From the sequence record OY978817.1: 49,268 bases of DNA. One strand, given 5' to 3'. The stretch's first letter is position 1, and each line of letters starts with the position of its first letter. The notes under the pieces are model-generated. The model saw only the letters and a list, made by a program, of their open reading frames with translations. It was not told where the DNA came from and made no database searches. Shown piece after piece: positions 36,445 through 44,989 of the stretch. Origin of the DNA: Klebsiella phage vB_Kpn_K2alpha62. The position numbers were made by a program, and so were the translations under genes.

Positions 36445-38013
36445 TTACCTCATGAACGACGGGTTGATAAAGACTTCGGAATCCATCACGCAGATAAATC
36501 CTAATTCCTCCATCTTCGGCAATAAGCGTTCCTTAATCTTTTTGCTCACCCCGGCCTGGCCTTTGAAGATCTTCAGGTTGCGGCAGGCGTTATAAATGCC
36601 CTGGACGGTCATAACACCTTTTGCCTGTTTGCAGCGACTGGCGATAACGTCATACAGCGCTTTAATTTCCGCTCCCTCACCAGCAAAGCCGGAAGAGTCA
36701 GCCGACGACAAATACGTTTTGCTCAATTCATGGAACATGATGATCGCTTCGTCAATGGTCGCCGTGTCGATCTTCTTAGAGCGTTTCCCGCCGGGTTGCC
36801 AGTTCCGGATCGTGTGAATCACGGACGCCAGACGCATAACCTGCTTATCAAGCTTACCCATCGCGCCACGAAGCATTGTATGCGAATATTTTCCGCCGTC
36901 GCCTAACTCCGGTTCTAACTCCTGGCGGGCCTTGTTAAGTCTCCGCATTGCCGCGTCAGTAACCTGCAACTTAATGTTCGACTCGCTCATAATATCGTGA
37001 ATGAGACGGAAGTAATCTGCCTTCAGTGACTGGTCGATCGGCTCATATGTCGAATTCCCGTTTTCGTCGATGAACACGCGTTCACCCAAACGGGTTTGCT
37101 CACGAACCAAAAGGAAGCGTTCAGATACCCCGATCCCGCGAGAACCAGCCTGCATGATGGCGTCGATGGTCTCATCCTGGGCAATTACGCAAATGCAGCC
37201 CAAAGCAACGAATGACATATTGTTGCTAACGTCAGCACGAGCGATCGATACATGACCCTTATCCCATGCTTTGAGCACCAGTTCGCTGTTCGTCTTCTTG
37301 CCGCCATCGTTTCCATACGTGATCCCTAAAAGGCTGTTAACCGCCGTCGCCTCATCGGAAATAACGGCAAAGTTTCCCTGGCGGTTGTTAATCTTCGCCA
37401 GACCTTCCGGGGTGGTATCAGATACCGGGAAAGTTAGGTCGCACAATTTTTCTAACTTCTCCTCAAGTTCATCACGATCTTCGAAAAGTTTCACCATGTC
37501 AGATTGCGATAACTCCCCTTTGAGCGCCTGCTTGTTGGCGGAAAGCTTCGCCATGATTTTCTTGCGCTCTTTCTTGCGCGACTCGTTAATGCGTTCGACT
37601 TCGGCGACAATAGGATCGATGGCCAGCGAATTAATGGCAGACTTACCAGCGGAAGGCGGCTGCGACGTGATAACGTAAAGCGTTGTCGGTTGCTCGCTGC
37701 CGTGGTACTCGACCCAAAAGCGGCCCATCATCGCGGCGGATACGGTTCCGAGAAAGTGCATGTAAGCGGATGACTCCGGGAACTGAACAGATCGGGCGGC
37801 ATTGAGTGCCAGCTTGCCGACCACATCGTAATCATTTGCGATCGAGATTGTTGGGTATTTATCCGCGTTTACGTCGATATCTTTGGGCTTTGGCCAGAAT
37901 GAAACGGAGTCACGATACCCGTTCGCACGAATCGCAACGCGCAGAGGACTGGTCCCCTCCCTTTCTGCGATGGCGATAATATCTTGCGGTGATACGCGGT
38001 CATTTAAAAACAT
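36445..38013 (-). CDS. DUF3987-family protein (primase/helicase-like P-loop ATPase)
   Basis: 522 aa; FLGTVSAAMMGRFWVEY...YVITSQPPSAGKSA; NNRQGNFAVISDEA...GERFLL-like region. Confidence 0.8.
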   Translation of the reverse strand: MFLNDRVSPQDIIAIAEREGTSPLRVAIRANGYRDSVSFWPKPKDIDVNADKYPTISIANDYDVVGKLALNAARSVQFPESSAYMHFLGTVSAAMMGRFWVEYHGSEQPTTLYVITSQPPSAGKSAINSLAIDPIVAEVERINESRKKERKKIMAKLSANKQALKGELSQSDMVKLFEDRDELEEKLEKLCDLTFPVSDTTPEGLAKINNRQGNFAVISDEATAVNSLLGITYGNDGGKKTNSELVLKAWDKGHVSIARADVSNNMSFVALGCICVIAQDETIDAIMQAGSRGIGVSERFLLVREQTRLGERVFIDENGNSTYEPIDQSLKADYFRLIHDIMSESNIKLQVTDAAMRRLNKARQELEPELGDGGKYSHTMLRGAMGKLDKQVMRLASVIHTIRNWQPGGKRSKKIDTATIDEAIIMFHELSKTYLSSADSSGFAGEGAEIKALYDVIASRCKQAKGVMTVQGIYNACRNLKIFKGQAGVSKKIKERLLPKMEELGFICVMDSEVFINPSFMR

Positions 38014-38138
38014 GCCCTTACTCCTGATTGGTTAATCGTTCGGCTAATCATATGCCGTATTAAATCCGAGATCCAGTGATAATCTAAACACGCTTGAAAA
38101 ACGCGCTTGGATTATCGGGGCGCATGGCCCCGAACCAG

Positions 38139-38576
38139 TCACAGGTATTTAGCTTCGAAAGTCGTTCCGTCCGATACACTGAAGCCAACTTCCTCGCGGT
38201 ACAGCGTCCAGCGGCATCCGTCACGGTCGAAGATGTATCCAGCGACAGCACCGAGCGCACGACCGCTTTCGACCTGGTATCGCTTACCGACGCTGAAGGA
38301 TTTTTTCATCGGGTTGCTGTGGTCAAGGCCGACGCATTTTAGCGTTTTGGTTTTGAGTTCGATGAACGTCGCAATCGCCGATCCGCCGTCGCCAGCAATA
38401 AACAACTCGCCGCTAACGCCTACCGACAAAATAACGCGCTTCTTCTTCAGTTCGACGCTGTCATATACCATCATTGACACGTTGCCTTCATCGTCTACGC
38501 GGGCGGAATAAAGGTTGTTTTCATGGATGTTAACGGCACGGCTTGACGTGCATTTAATCTTGATTGACTTCGCCAT
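38139..38576 (-). CDS. hypothetical protein
   Basis: 145-aa ORF in the leftward operon. Confidence 0.6.
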   Translation of the reverse strand: MAKSIKIKCTSSRAVNIHENNLYSARVDDEGNVSMMVYDSVELKKKRVILSVGVSGELFIAGDGGSAIATFIELKTKTLKCVGLDHSNPMKKSFSVGKRYQVESGRALGAVAGYIFDRDGCRWTLYREEVGFSVSDGTTFEAKYL

Positions 38577-38759
38577 TTATTTTCTTTCTCCCATCTCGAT
38601 ATACAGGTTAACCAGATCCAGAAAGTAATCTTTATTTCTGCAACTCAATTTAAAGCCAACGTGCGACTCAATTTTATTTTGCATCGCAGTCAGGGTTGCG
38701 CCGCCATTATTCATCATGAGAACTTCGCGGCATACTTCAGCGAGTTTTTTCGATATCAT
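38577..38759 (-). CDS. hypothetical protein
   Basis: MISKKLAEVCREVLMMNNGG...; overlaps the upstream gene stop. Confidence 0.6.
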   Translation of the reverse strand: MISKKLAEVCREVLMMNNGGATLTAMQNKIESHVGFKLSCRNKDYFLDLVNLYIEMGERK

Positions 38760-38959
38760 TTTTTCACCACCTTTATTTCCATGCCTTCGCAAGCGGCCTT
38801 GATATCATTAATCAGGCGATTAAGCCTTAAATCAGTCATTACATTGTGATGGCGGATATCAATAATCCCGGCAACAACTAACAGCATGACGGCAAAGATA
38901 AAACCACCGAGGCCTGACATACTCAAAACAGTTAACATTATCAAGATAATAAATTTCAT
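38756..38959 (-). CDS. small membrane protein
   Basis: two hydrophobic stretches; 75 nt from a family promoter element. Confidence 0.6.
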   Translation of the reverse strand: MKFIILIMLTVLSMSGLGGFIFAVMLLVVAGIIDIRHHNVMTDLRLNRLINDIKAACEGMEIKVVKK

Positions 38960-38991
38960 TTCCGTTTACTCCGTTGCGTTTCTATGGGGTA

Positions 38992-39034
38992 ATGCTACCC
39001 GACTTTCGCCGGGTAGTTTTAGCAATTCGTGCTA
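38992..39034 (-). promoter_or_regulatory. promoter family member: TAGCACGAATTGCTA-N22-TAGCAT
   Basis: TAG = stop codon of the 39032 gene; CTACCCG/CGGGTAG dyad. Confidence 0.7.
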
Positions 39035-39733
39035 TTCTCGATAATTCGCCTGGAACACGGCGCGAGCAAAACCTCGCGGAGTAATGGAGCGCAGCATTTT
39101 AGTCCTTTCTGACCTTCCGCCCAAAAACTTCCAGGCCCAAAAGAAATTCACGCCTTCTACTCCATCCGGCGGAGGGAGCCGTTTCGGTTCGATAAAACCG
39201 TTTCCGTGCCATATGCACGTTTTCTTCGTGTAATTGTCACAGTGGGGCATTTTTGGATGCCACACAGGTTCGTTCGGAGAAACATAGCCTCCGAAGTCGC
39301 GCGGGTGAAAATAGAAGTCAGGCTTGCGCCATAGTGACGACAATTTTCCAACCGGGTTTTCGACCATCCAGGGGCAACCATACTTATTGCCTAATTGCTC
39401 GACCATCTTCGCATCATTTGCGGCTGATAGAACGTCATTATCTTGCCTTACGTGCTTGATTCCGCTATGCGCTAACAGCGTGCATGACGGGAAAGCGAAA
39501 ATAAAGTCAGGATCGGGAATGCCGAGAATCGATCGCTTCACGTCAAAATCCTTGTCGATCCAAATGTTAACATACTGGATATTGGGGTGAACCATTCGAA
39601 TGCTATATTCTCCGTGGTCGCCGGAGTCGGCATTGAAGCAATACACCTTGCATCCCTTGATGGCCCACGGCAGGCCCATAATGCCTGAGCCGTCGAACAT
39701 GCAGTAAATAACCTTTTCTTTCATGCTTTCCAC
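39032..39733 (-). CDS. Dcm-like DNA cytosine methyltransferase-related protein
   Basis: MFDGSGIMGLPWAIKGCKVYCFNAD, FAFPSCTLLAHSGIKHVRQ, WMVENPVGKLSSLWRKPD, SITPRGFARAVFQAN. Confidence 0.65.
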   Translation of the reverse strand: MESMKEKVIYCMFDGSGIMGLPWAIKGCKVYCFNADSGDHGEYSIRMVHPNIQYVNIWIDKDFDVKRSILGIPDPDFIFAFPSCTLLAHSGIKHVRQDNDVLSAANDAKMVEQLGNKYGCPWMVENPVGKLSSLWRKPDFYFHPRDFGGYVSPNEPVWHPKMPHCDNYTKKTCIWHGNGFIEPKRLPPPDGVEGVNFFWAWKFLGGRSERTKMLRSITPRGFARAVFQANYRE

Positions 39734-39948
39734 GCCTCAATGAACATTCTGTTCGATTCCAGCGTCAGCGTGACGCCAGCCAGGGAGGACTGAACGAGGC
39801 GACCGCCCGGAACCGTCCCGATGATGTAGCGGCCTTTCGACTTCGTGATCGTGATCTGAGTGAAGCCGGAGGCGCGGTTCATGCGGAGAACGACGCGGCC
39901 ATGCGCGTTCAGGACGGCGAGAATGGAATCAGTCTTCGGATGGTTCAT
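39721..39948 (-). CDS. hypothetical protein
   Basis: MNHPKTDSILAVLN...; RBS AGGAG; 75 nt from a family element. Confidence 0.55.
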   Translation of the reverse strand: MNHPKTDSILAVLNAHGRVVLRMNRASGFTQITITKSKGRYIIGTVPGGRLVQSSLAGVTLTLESNRMFIEAWKA

Positions 39949-39980
39949 TGTGTAGCTCCTTCGCTTGTTGGTGTGGGGAT

Positions 39981-40023
39981 AGTATTCCACTATCCCGCCA
40001 TGTTGTTTTAGCAATTCGTGCTA
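39981..40023 (-). promoter_or_regulatory. promoter family member: TAGCACGAATTGCTA-N22-AATACT
   Basis: GGGATAGT/ACTATCCC dyad straddles the -10. Confidence 0.75.
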
Positions 40024-40398
40024 TGCCGGAACGCAGGTCGCGTAATCCTGGCTGATGTAGATCGTGCGCTGAACGCGAGGTTCATGATCGCCGAGTTCCT
40101 GGATGGTAACATCGTTGCTTCCTACCCGACACGGAACCGATCCGAAAATAAACTCGCCAGTCTGCTTGTCGTTGATTTGCCATACATTACCGCCTTCCTT
40201 TTTGACAACCAGGAAAGGCGCACTGTCTGCACTGAACTCTTCCGGGCCACGACCGTAGTAATACGTGATCGCAGCTTTGGCCGCAGCGCTGAAGGCATCG
40301 GTAACGTCATTGGTCGCCTTGTCGCGGATGGCCTTGATACGTTCTTCAGGCGATCCGATGATGTAGGAAAAGCTGTTCGAAATGGTAACTGTTCGCAT
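40021..40398 (-). CDS. hypothetical protein
   Basis: 125-aa ORF. Confidence 0.6.
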   Translation of the reverse strand: MRTVTISNSFSYIIGSPEERIKAIRDKATNDVTDAFSAAAKAAITYYYGRGPEEFSADSAPFLVVKKEGGNVWQINDKQTGEFIFGSVPCRVGSNDVTIQELGDHEPRVQRTIYISQDYATCVPA

Positions 40399-40637
40399 TA
40401 TATTTTAACCTCGTTTTGGTGGATGAGGTCGGCGACGTAATGGCATTCGATCGGGTTCTCGATACCCGCCAGCACCTCGCACGACCCGTTATTCAGTAGC
40501 TGGCAATGCTGGCACTCCGCACCGCCAACACTGGCAATGACAATGGCGATCCCGTTGCATGAACCGCCGAACATTATGTGCGGGAAGGGGTAAGCATCGC
40601 AGGTGCAAACCACCTCCCCGACCCGCCGTTTCCTCAT
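40398..40637 (-). CDS. Cys-rich small protein
   Basis: CTCDAYPFPH...CQHCQLL; ATGA coupling to the upstream gene. Confidence 0.55.
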   Translation of the reverse strand: MRKRRVGEVVCTCDAYPFPHIMFGGSCNGIAIVIASVGGAECQHCQLLNNGSCEVLAGIENPIECHYVADLIHQNEVKI

Positions 40638-40828
40638 ACCTGGCCCTTCTCGATGCAGAAAACCCAATCACGAGCGTCAACCGCAAAGCGTGCAACGCCA
40701 TCGAGCACCACGAAGACAGTAAACCCATTTACGCCGCGCCCCTTCTCGATATCGGTTACGGTACGGAACAGATCGCTTGCGCCATATTGAATTTTATCCC
40801 CGACGACTACATCCGCGAATGCTTTCAT
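40634..40828 (-). CDS. hypothetical protein
   Basis: 64-aa ORF, 74 nt from a family element. Confidence 0.55.
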   Translation of the reverse strand: MKAFADVVVGDKIQYGASDLFRTVTDIEKGRGVNGFTVFVVLDGVARFAVDARDWVFCIEKGQV

Positions 40829-40859
40829 GTTGATTCTCCTGACTGGTTTCGATGGGTTA

Positions 40860-40902
40860 ACTATACCAGGCCTCGCGGCCCGGCGTTTAGCAATTCGTGC
40901 TT
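40860..40902 (-). promoter_or_regulatory. promoter family member: AAGCACGAATTGCTA-N22-TATAGT
   Basis: CCGGGCC/GGCCTGG dyad upstream of the -10. Confidence 0.75.
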
Positions 40903-41183
40903 ATTTCACTGCTTTCTTCGCTGCCTTGTACGCCTCTTTGAAGGCCGGAACATCTTCGACCGGAATCCAGAAGCCGGAGCCATAGCCATCGTCATAGCAG
41001 GGGCATTGGTCGCAGTAGTCGCCCCCAGGTTTTCTCTTCGCCGCCGACAGAGAAGCCAGTGGCCATTTCGCATAACGCTTCCTCAACCGCTTCGATCTTG
41101 TCGGCGTCGCTATCCATGATAACGAAGTTCCACTTGCCGTTATACTCGCTGCCCAGGTTGATTGATTCGCGTTGAAGTTTCAT
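40901..41183 (-). pseudogene. small gene apparently split by a +1 shift at G5 (two overlapping ORFs 40901..41086 and 40992..41183)
   Basis: joined reading gives ...CEMATGFSVGGEEKTWGDYCDQCPCYDDGYGSGFWIPVEDVPAFKEAYKAAKKAVK. Confidence 0.5.
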
Positions 41184-41222
41184 AGCTTTAGCCCATTTGG
41201 CTCAATTCGTTTCGTTGAAGTC

Positions 41223-41265
41223 ATCATAGCAAAGTCGATCTGATGGCTTTTGACAAAAAATGCTA
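41223..41265 (-). promoter_or_regulatory. promoter family member: TAGCATTTTTTGTCA-N22-TATGAT
   Basis: 82 nt upstream of the first gene of the leftward operon. Confidence 0.7.
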
Positions 41266-41282
41266 TTCCTGCAATTGCTGAT

Positions 41283-41310
41283 TATTCCACCGATTCGTAA
41301 TAGTGGAATA
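41283..41310. repeat. dyad TATTCCAC-N12-GTGGAATA
   Basis: perfect 8-bp inverted repeat in the divergent intergenic region. Confidence 0.6.
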
Positions 41311-41528
41311 GATGGTGATTGCACTTGATTCCCTGGTGATTAGTTTTGACGAATCATGATTGCTTTTGATTGTTTCATTCTGTGCAATGTGGTGATGCAT
41401 TGTTTCATGATGTGCAACGAATTGCATAAATGTATGCACCATGCACGCAATTTGCCGATCGAAGCCAGCAAAAACGCCAGGTGTGTTTCGCCAACATTTA
41501 CGTCGTGTGGGAGTGTTTGGGCGGAATC

Positions 41529-41655
41529 ATCTTACCTAAAATTTGCGCAAAAATTGACCAATATAAGCCCATATATAGATAGTAAGTATATGATAAATAA
41601 TAATATTATTATTATTACTCTTTATCTATATATATGTTTGGTAAGATTTCTCCGG
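41529..41655 (-). repeat. inverted repeat copy B (partner at 26239-26366), with GTAAGAT iterons
   Basis: reverse complement begins CCGGAGAAATCTTACCAAAC and ends TTTTAGGTAAGAT; further iteron at 41746. Confidence 0.85.
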
Positions 41656-41846
41656 TAGGTTATGGATTCCTCTTGCGCAAGCCATAATTTTTAGATGTTC
41701 CGCCGCGAAAAAATGTATATAGGGATATATAGGGGGTGACAGCAAATCTTACCAAACACGCCGAAACCCTTTGACGGCGCGGCCTGCGGCCTGTATTATC
41801 ACCTTCCGAAACATTACCAAACGCCGTAAATGTGGGGGAAACACAA

Positions 41847-42380
41847 ATGCAATATAAAGGCTATGAGTTCGAAGAAGTCGACGTGTCCGAGTGGATGCGG
41901 TACGACGCAGAAAAGCAAGCCGCTTACCATGAATGGCTGCAATCCATCACGTTTGGCGACGCCACCAGGCCAGCCGGACGGAGCCAGGAAGCCTCGAAGC
42001 CGGAAGGTGCATTCACTGGCAACCGCTCGAAGGAGATCCGGCGCATGTTCCTGGATGGCGGGCGGCGTATCCAGATGACGGCGGAGGAGTTCGTGGAGAA
42101 GTTCGGCGCTCATCCTGTCGACAACCACTTCCGCAGGCCGTTGCTGAAACTCCTGGAGCCTGGCGAGGTGTTGCGGGTGAGCCTGGGGGGCGGGTTAATC
42201 ATCGTGTCCACTGAGTTAGATGATAGCGCGGGACGTGACCTGGAGGCCGATGCTTACAGGCAGCAGGGCGTTCACTCTGAACGGGAACGGGTTTTATCGA
42301 TCGTTGACGAAGTGATGCCAAAAGGCCTGCTTTACAACGGTTATACAATGGCGCTGAAAGCCAAAATCGCAGGTGAATAA
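41847..42380 (+). CDS. hypothetical protein
   Basis: MQYKGYEFEEVDVSEWMRYDAEKQAAYHEWLQS... Confidence 0.6.
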   Translation: MQYKGYEFEEVDVSEWMRYDAEKQAAYHEWLQSITFGDATRPAGRSQEASKPEGAFTGNRSKEIRRMFLDGGRRIQMTAEEFVEKFGAHPVDNHFRRPLLKLLEPGEVLRVSLGGGLIIVSTELDDSAGRDLEADAYRQQGVHSERERVLSIVDEVMPKGLLYNGYTMALKAKIAGE

Positions 42381-42415
42381 CCATTAAGCTGTATCCAGGC
42401 CAGCGCGGCCAGTAA

Positions 42416-42458
42416 TAGCACTTTTTGCTAAAACCCGGTCAGGTAGATCGGGTATTAT
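42416..42458 (+). promoter_or_regulatory. promoter family member: TAGCACTTTTTGCTA-N22-TATTAT
   Basis: 84 nt upstream of ATG 42500. Confidence 0.75.
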
Positions 42459-42499
42459 GTTTCCATCGACAACGAATTGAGGTTATGAGGAGCGAGGCG

Positions 42500-42667
42500 A
42501 TGAAAAAAGAATCTGGCGTAAGTTATTTCGATTCAAAAGGCGTTAAACACTGGTTGGTTTTTGCGAATCGTTTTGGCTTCACTAAAAGTAAGGCCGAGTT
42601 CTTCCGCGAAAGCCTTATTAAAAATGGCAAGTTTATTGCCGCTGAATTAACTGTTGAAATGCTTTAA
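42500..42667 (+). CDS. small hypothetical protein
   Basis: MKKESGVSYFDSKGVKHWLVFANRFG...; strong RBS. Confidence 0.6.
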   Translation: MKKESGVSYFDSKGVKHWLVFANRFGFTKSKAEFFRESLIKNGKFIAAELTVEML

Positions 42668-42685
42668 TCAACCAAAGAGGTAAAG

Positions 42686-42793
42686 ATGAGCAAGAAGACC
42701 CCATATTCAACCAGCAATTACCACAACGAGCACGTCATGCGCTGGCACTGGCAGAAACTCAAGGAGCGCCACCTTGCACGCCAGGGCAAATAA
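42686..42793 (+). CDS. 35-aa peptide MSKKTPYSTSNYHNEHVMRWHWQKLKERHLARQGK
   Basis: short ORF with upstream AGAGG; absent from the ORF track. Confidence 0.4.
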   Translation: MSKKTPYSTSNYHNEHVMRWHWQKLKERHLARQGK

Positions 42794-42799
42794 ACAAAC

Positions 42800-42823
42800 A
42801 TAGCGCCGCTTCGGTGGCGCTAT
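42800..42823 (+). other. hairpin ATAGCGCC...GGCGCTAT at a cassette boundary
   Basis: 8-bp dyad, no T-tract. Confidence 0.45.
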
Positions 42824-42863
42824 ATTCCAACAATCAACAAGGCTCACGCCAGGAGGATTGGCC

Positions 42864-43088
42864 ATGCCACGATTTTCAGCAACAACAAAACTTCGCACCT
42901 TCGCCGGGATGCCGATCCCATACTCATCAACCAAGGCCGTCCAGGGCAGTGAGCACGGCGTATATTTCCACTGGCAGGGCAAATGGCGCTTTACCGTCAT
43001 TCGCGGCTTTTACGTGACCTGCGACCGCGTGGATATTGCCGACCATTCCGGCGGGAATCAGGTTCACGAGTTCAAAAAGCACGAATAG
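42864..43088 (+). CDS. small hypothetical protein
   Basis: MPRFSATTKLRTFAGMPIPYSSTKAVQGSEHGVYFHWQGKWR; RBS GGAGG. Confidence 0.6.
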   Translation: MPRFSATTKLRTFAGMPIPYSSTKAVQGSEHGVYFHWQGKWRFTVIRGFYVTCDRVDIADHSGGNQVHEFKKHE

Positions 43089-43128
43089 CACTTTTTGCTA
43101 AAACTCGATCGGGGCAATGCGTTATGAT
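43086..43128 (+). promoter_or_regulatory. promoter family member: TAGCACTTTTTGCTA-N22-TATGAT
   Basis: TAG = stop of the 42864 gene; 71 nt upstream of ATG 43157. Confidence 0.8.
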
Positions 43129-43156
43129 TACCCCATCGAAACAGAGGAGCAAAAAC

Positions 43157-43369
43157 ATGATTGGCAACCACAACAACGAACTGAACGCAGCAGCCCACCG
43201 TCGCGCCGTCGAGCAGAACTTCAACGCGCTTAAAGTAGCCCGCGATGAGATGAGAGCAATGCTTGACCTGCCTTCATGGGATCCGCAACTCGAAGACTAT
43301 TATGACGGCCTCCGCGTCAAGCGTGACGATATCATCAACCGCCTGCGCCTGGCTGGAATGTTTCTGTAA
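43157..43369 (+). CDS. small hypothetical protein
   Basis: MIGNHNNELNAAAHRRAVEQNF... Confidence 0.6.
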   Translation: MIGNHNNELNAAAHRRAVEQNFNALKVARDEMRAMLDLPSWDPQLEDYYDGLRVKRDDIINRLRLAGMFL

Positions 43370-43380
43370 GGAGAATGACA

Positions 43381-43638
43381 ATGCAGCAATTCAAATCACG
43401 CGGCAAGATCTACAACCTGCCGGATAGTGCAACACACGTTGCACCTGGCGTATGCGTCGGCCTGTACTTTATGGACGGCGGTAAGTGGTTCTTCATTGGC
43501 GATCCCGTGACTGATGATGTTAAGCCTATGCTTTGCGGCAAACATCGTGGATTCTTCGATCACGATATCGTGGAACTGAAGCCGAAGCGCAATCCGTTCG
43601 GTTTCAGGAACAAAATCAAAGGGGCGGTTTTCAAATGA
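43381..43638 (+). CDS. small hypothetical protein
   Basis: MQQFKSRGKIYNLPDSATHVAPGVCVGLYFMDGG...; RBS AAGGAG. Confidence 0.6.
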   Translation: MQQFKSRGKIYNLPDSATHVAPGVCVGLYFMDGGKWFFIGDPVTDDVKPMLCGKHRGFFDHDIVELKPKRNPFGFRNKIKGAVFK

Positions 43639-43832
43639 ACCAATTCGAATTCCTGGCGCGGGCGCACCGCGCCCTTGCAATGTACGCCTTCAGCATGAAC
43701 ATGAAAATGATCAGCATTGAGGTCGAGCGCCAGAATATTAGCATCTCTGGCTATGTTGGCGGTGCGTACCACGTTACGAAATTCACCTTCGGATCGCTGG
43801 AACACCTGGAGCGTGAAGCCTTTGGTTTCTGA
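43635..43832 (+). CDS. small hypothetical protein
   Basis: ATGA overlap with the preceding gene. Confidence 0.55.
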   Translation: MNQFEFLARAHRALAMYAFSMNMKMISIEVERQNISISGYVGGAYHVTKFTFGSLEHLEREAFGF

Positions 43833-43833
43833 A

Positions 43834-43876
43834 TAGCACGAATTGCTAAAACGCGATCGGGGTAAGCTGTTATAGT
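43834..43876 (+). promoter_or_regulatory. promoter family member: TAGCACGAATTGCTA-N22-TATAGT
   Basis: 74 nt upstream of ATG 43908. Confidence 0.8.
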
Positions 43877-43907
43877 TACCACCACACCAACAAATGAGGC
43901 TGTAACC

Positions 43908-44276
43908 ATGAACCACGAAATAAAATCCGGCGAGCAAGTCATTGCTACCATCAACGCCCGCCAGGTGTTGGCGTTTCAGGTCAATATTCTTGGCACTTAC
44001 GATATGGAAACAGTATTCGTGCCAGTGTGGGCAAACACGCTCGCCATTGATGAAGACGGCGCAATTTGGGCTTACGAGTCAACCGCCGAAGATGTAAGGC
44101 TCGTTCCGCCAGTTCCAGGATATCCAGGCGCATGGGATGATTATGGGGATAGCAACGCAAAAGGCGATCAAATTGGATGTTTGGTCAATGTCCCTGACTG
44201 GAAGGGATCGAAAGTCGACTTGCGCGACCTTAAATTGCAATTTTTGTCAGATTCCCTGTCAGTAGGCCGGGCATAA
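43908..44276 (+). CDS. hypothetical protein
   Basis: 122-aa ORF. Confidence 0.6.
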   Translation: MNHEIKSGEQVIATINARQVLAFQVNILGTYDMETVFVPVWANTLAIDEDGAIWAYESTAEDVRLVPPVPGYPGAWDDYGDSNAKGDQIGCLVNVPDWKGSKVDLRDLKLQFLSDSLSVGRA

Positions 44277-44305
44277 TAACCACTCACCAACAACGGAGCT
44301 TTGCC

Positions 44306-44677
44306 ATGAAACAGATTATCAAAAACGCAATTGTCGCTATCGTCGGCACCAACTTTGAGGGCAAGAAGTCCCGCATTCACCTTCTGCATGTGGGCAATGA
44401 CGGCAAAATGCGCGGAGCTTTCTATTACGGCGAGCGCGGGGAGCACCTTCACAGTGACTTGCATTCCGTCCTCCCGCTAACCACTTTCAGCGAGTGGCGA
44501 ACCCATCGAGAATGGCAGCCGGAATACTATTACGAGGGGTTGATTGTCGAATCGTTCGTTGCCGACCCAACGAAACTTACCTCCCGCGACTATAAGCGCA
44601 TGGCACGCAAGGCGCACAAACTAATGAAACGCACGCCAGAAGATCACGTCTGGCATATCTTCGCAAATCAGCTTTGA
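44306..44677 (+). CDS. hypothetical protein
   Basis: 123-aa ORF with RBS. Confidence 0.6.
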   Translation: MKQIIKNAIVAIVGTNFEGKKSRIHLLHVGNDGKMRGAFYYGERGEHLHSDLHSVLPLTTFSEWRTHREWQPEYYYEGLIVESFVADPTKLTSRDYKRMARKAHKLMKRTPEDHVWHIFANQL

Positions 44678-44686
44678 GGTGGGTGG

Positions 44687-44989
44687 ATGATACGTTTATC
44701 AGACTTCGATCGTCACTGCTTAACCGGGCAATTTGGCGAAAAGCCAGTGATGTGCAAGATCTCGAAGGTTAAGGGCGAGCCGTTTGAGCAAATCAGAACG
44801 CTTATAAGTTTTGCCAGACGAAACCGCCTTTACATCCAGGCACGCGGCGGACTGTTCGCAAAGCAGGTTCATTTTGCGTATGGAGCAGGGTTCTACACTG
44901 GCGGAGACGGGGTTAACCCATCGCCGAAAAGGGTTAGGCTGCGCGAGATAATCGAACGCGGCTACGTTTGGACTAACGGGATCTACTAA
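44687..44989 (+). CDS. hypothetical protein
   Basis: 100-aa ORF. Confidence 0.55.
   Translation: MIRLSDFDRHCLTGQFGEKPVMCKISKVKGEPFEQIRTLISFARRNRLYIQARGGLFAKQVHFAYGAGFYTGGDGVNPSPKRVRLREIIERGYVWTNGIY

Noticed and set aside
40559-41119. 186-aa plus-strand ORF across the leftward small-gene region
   Set aside because: Arg/Pro/Cys-rich, runs antisense to several coupled small genes with RBS and includes a family promoter.
26239-41655. Inverted repeats as ends of a composite mobile element
   Set aside because: No transposase or target-site duplication; the enclosed genes are core phage replication and lysis functions and the repeats overlap iterons.
41356-41658. 100-aa plus-strand ORF (…YMINNNIIIITLYLYICLVRFLR)
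   Set aside because: Spans the AT-rich inverted repeat; low complexity, no RBS, and contains the promoter/iteron region.
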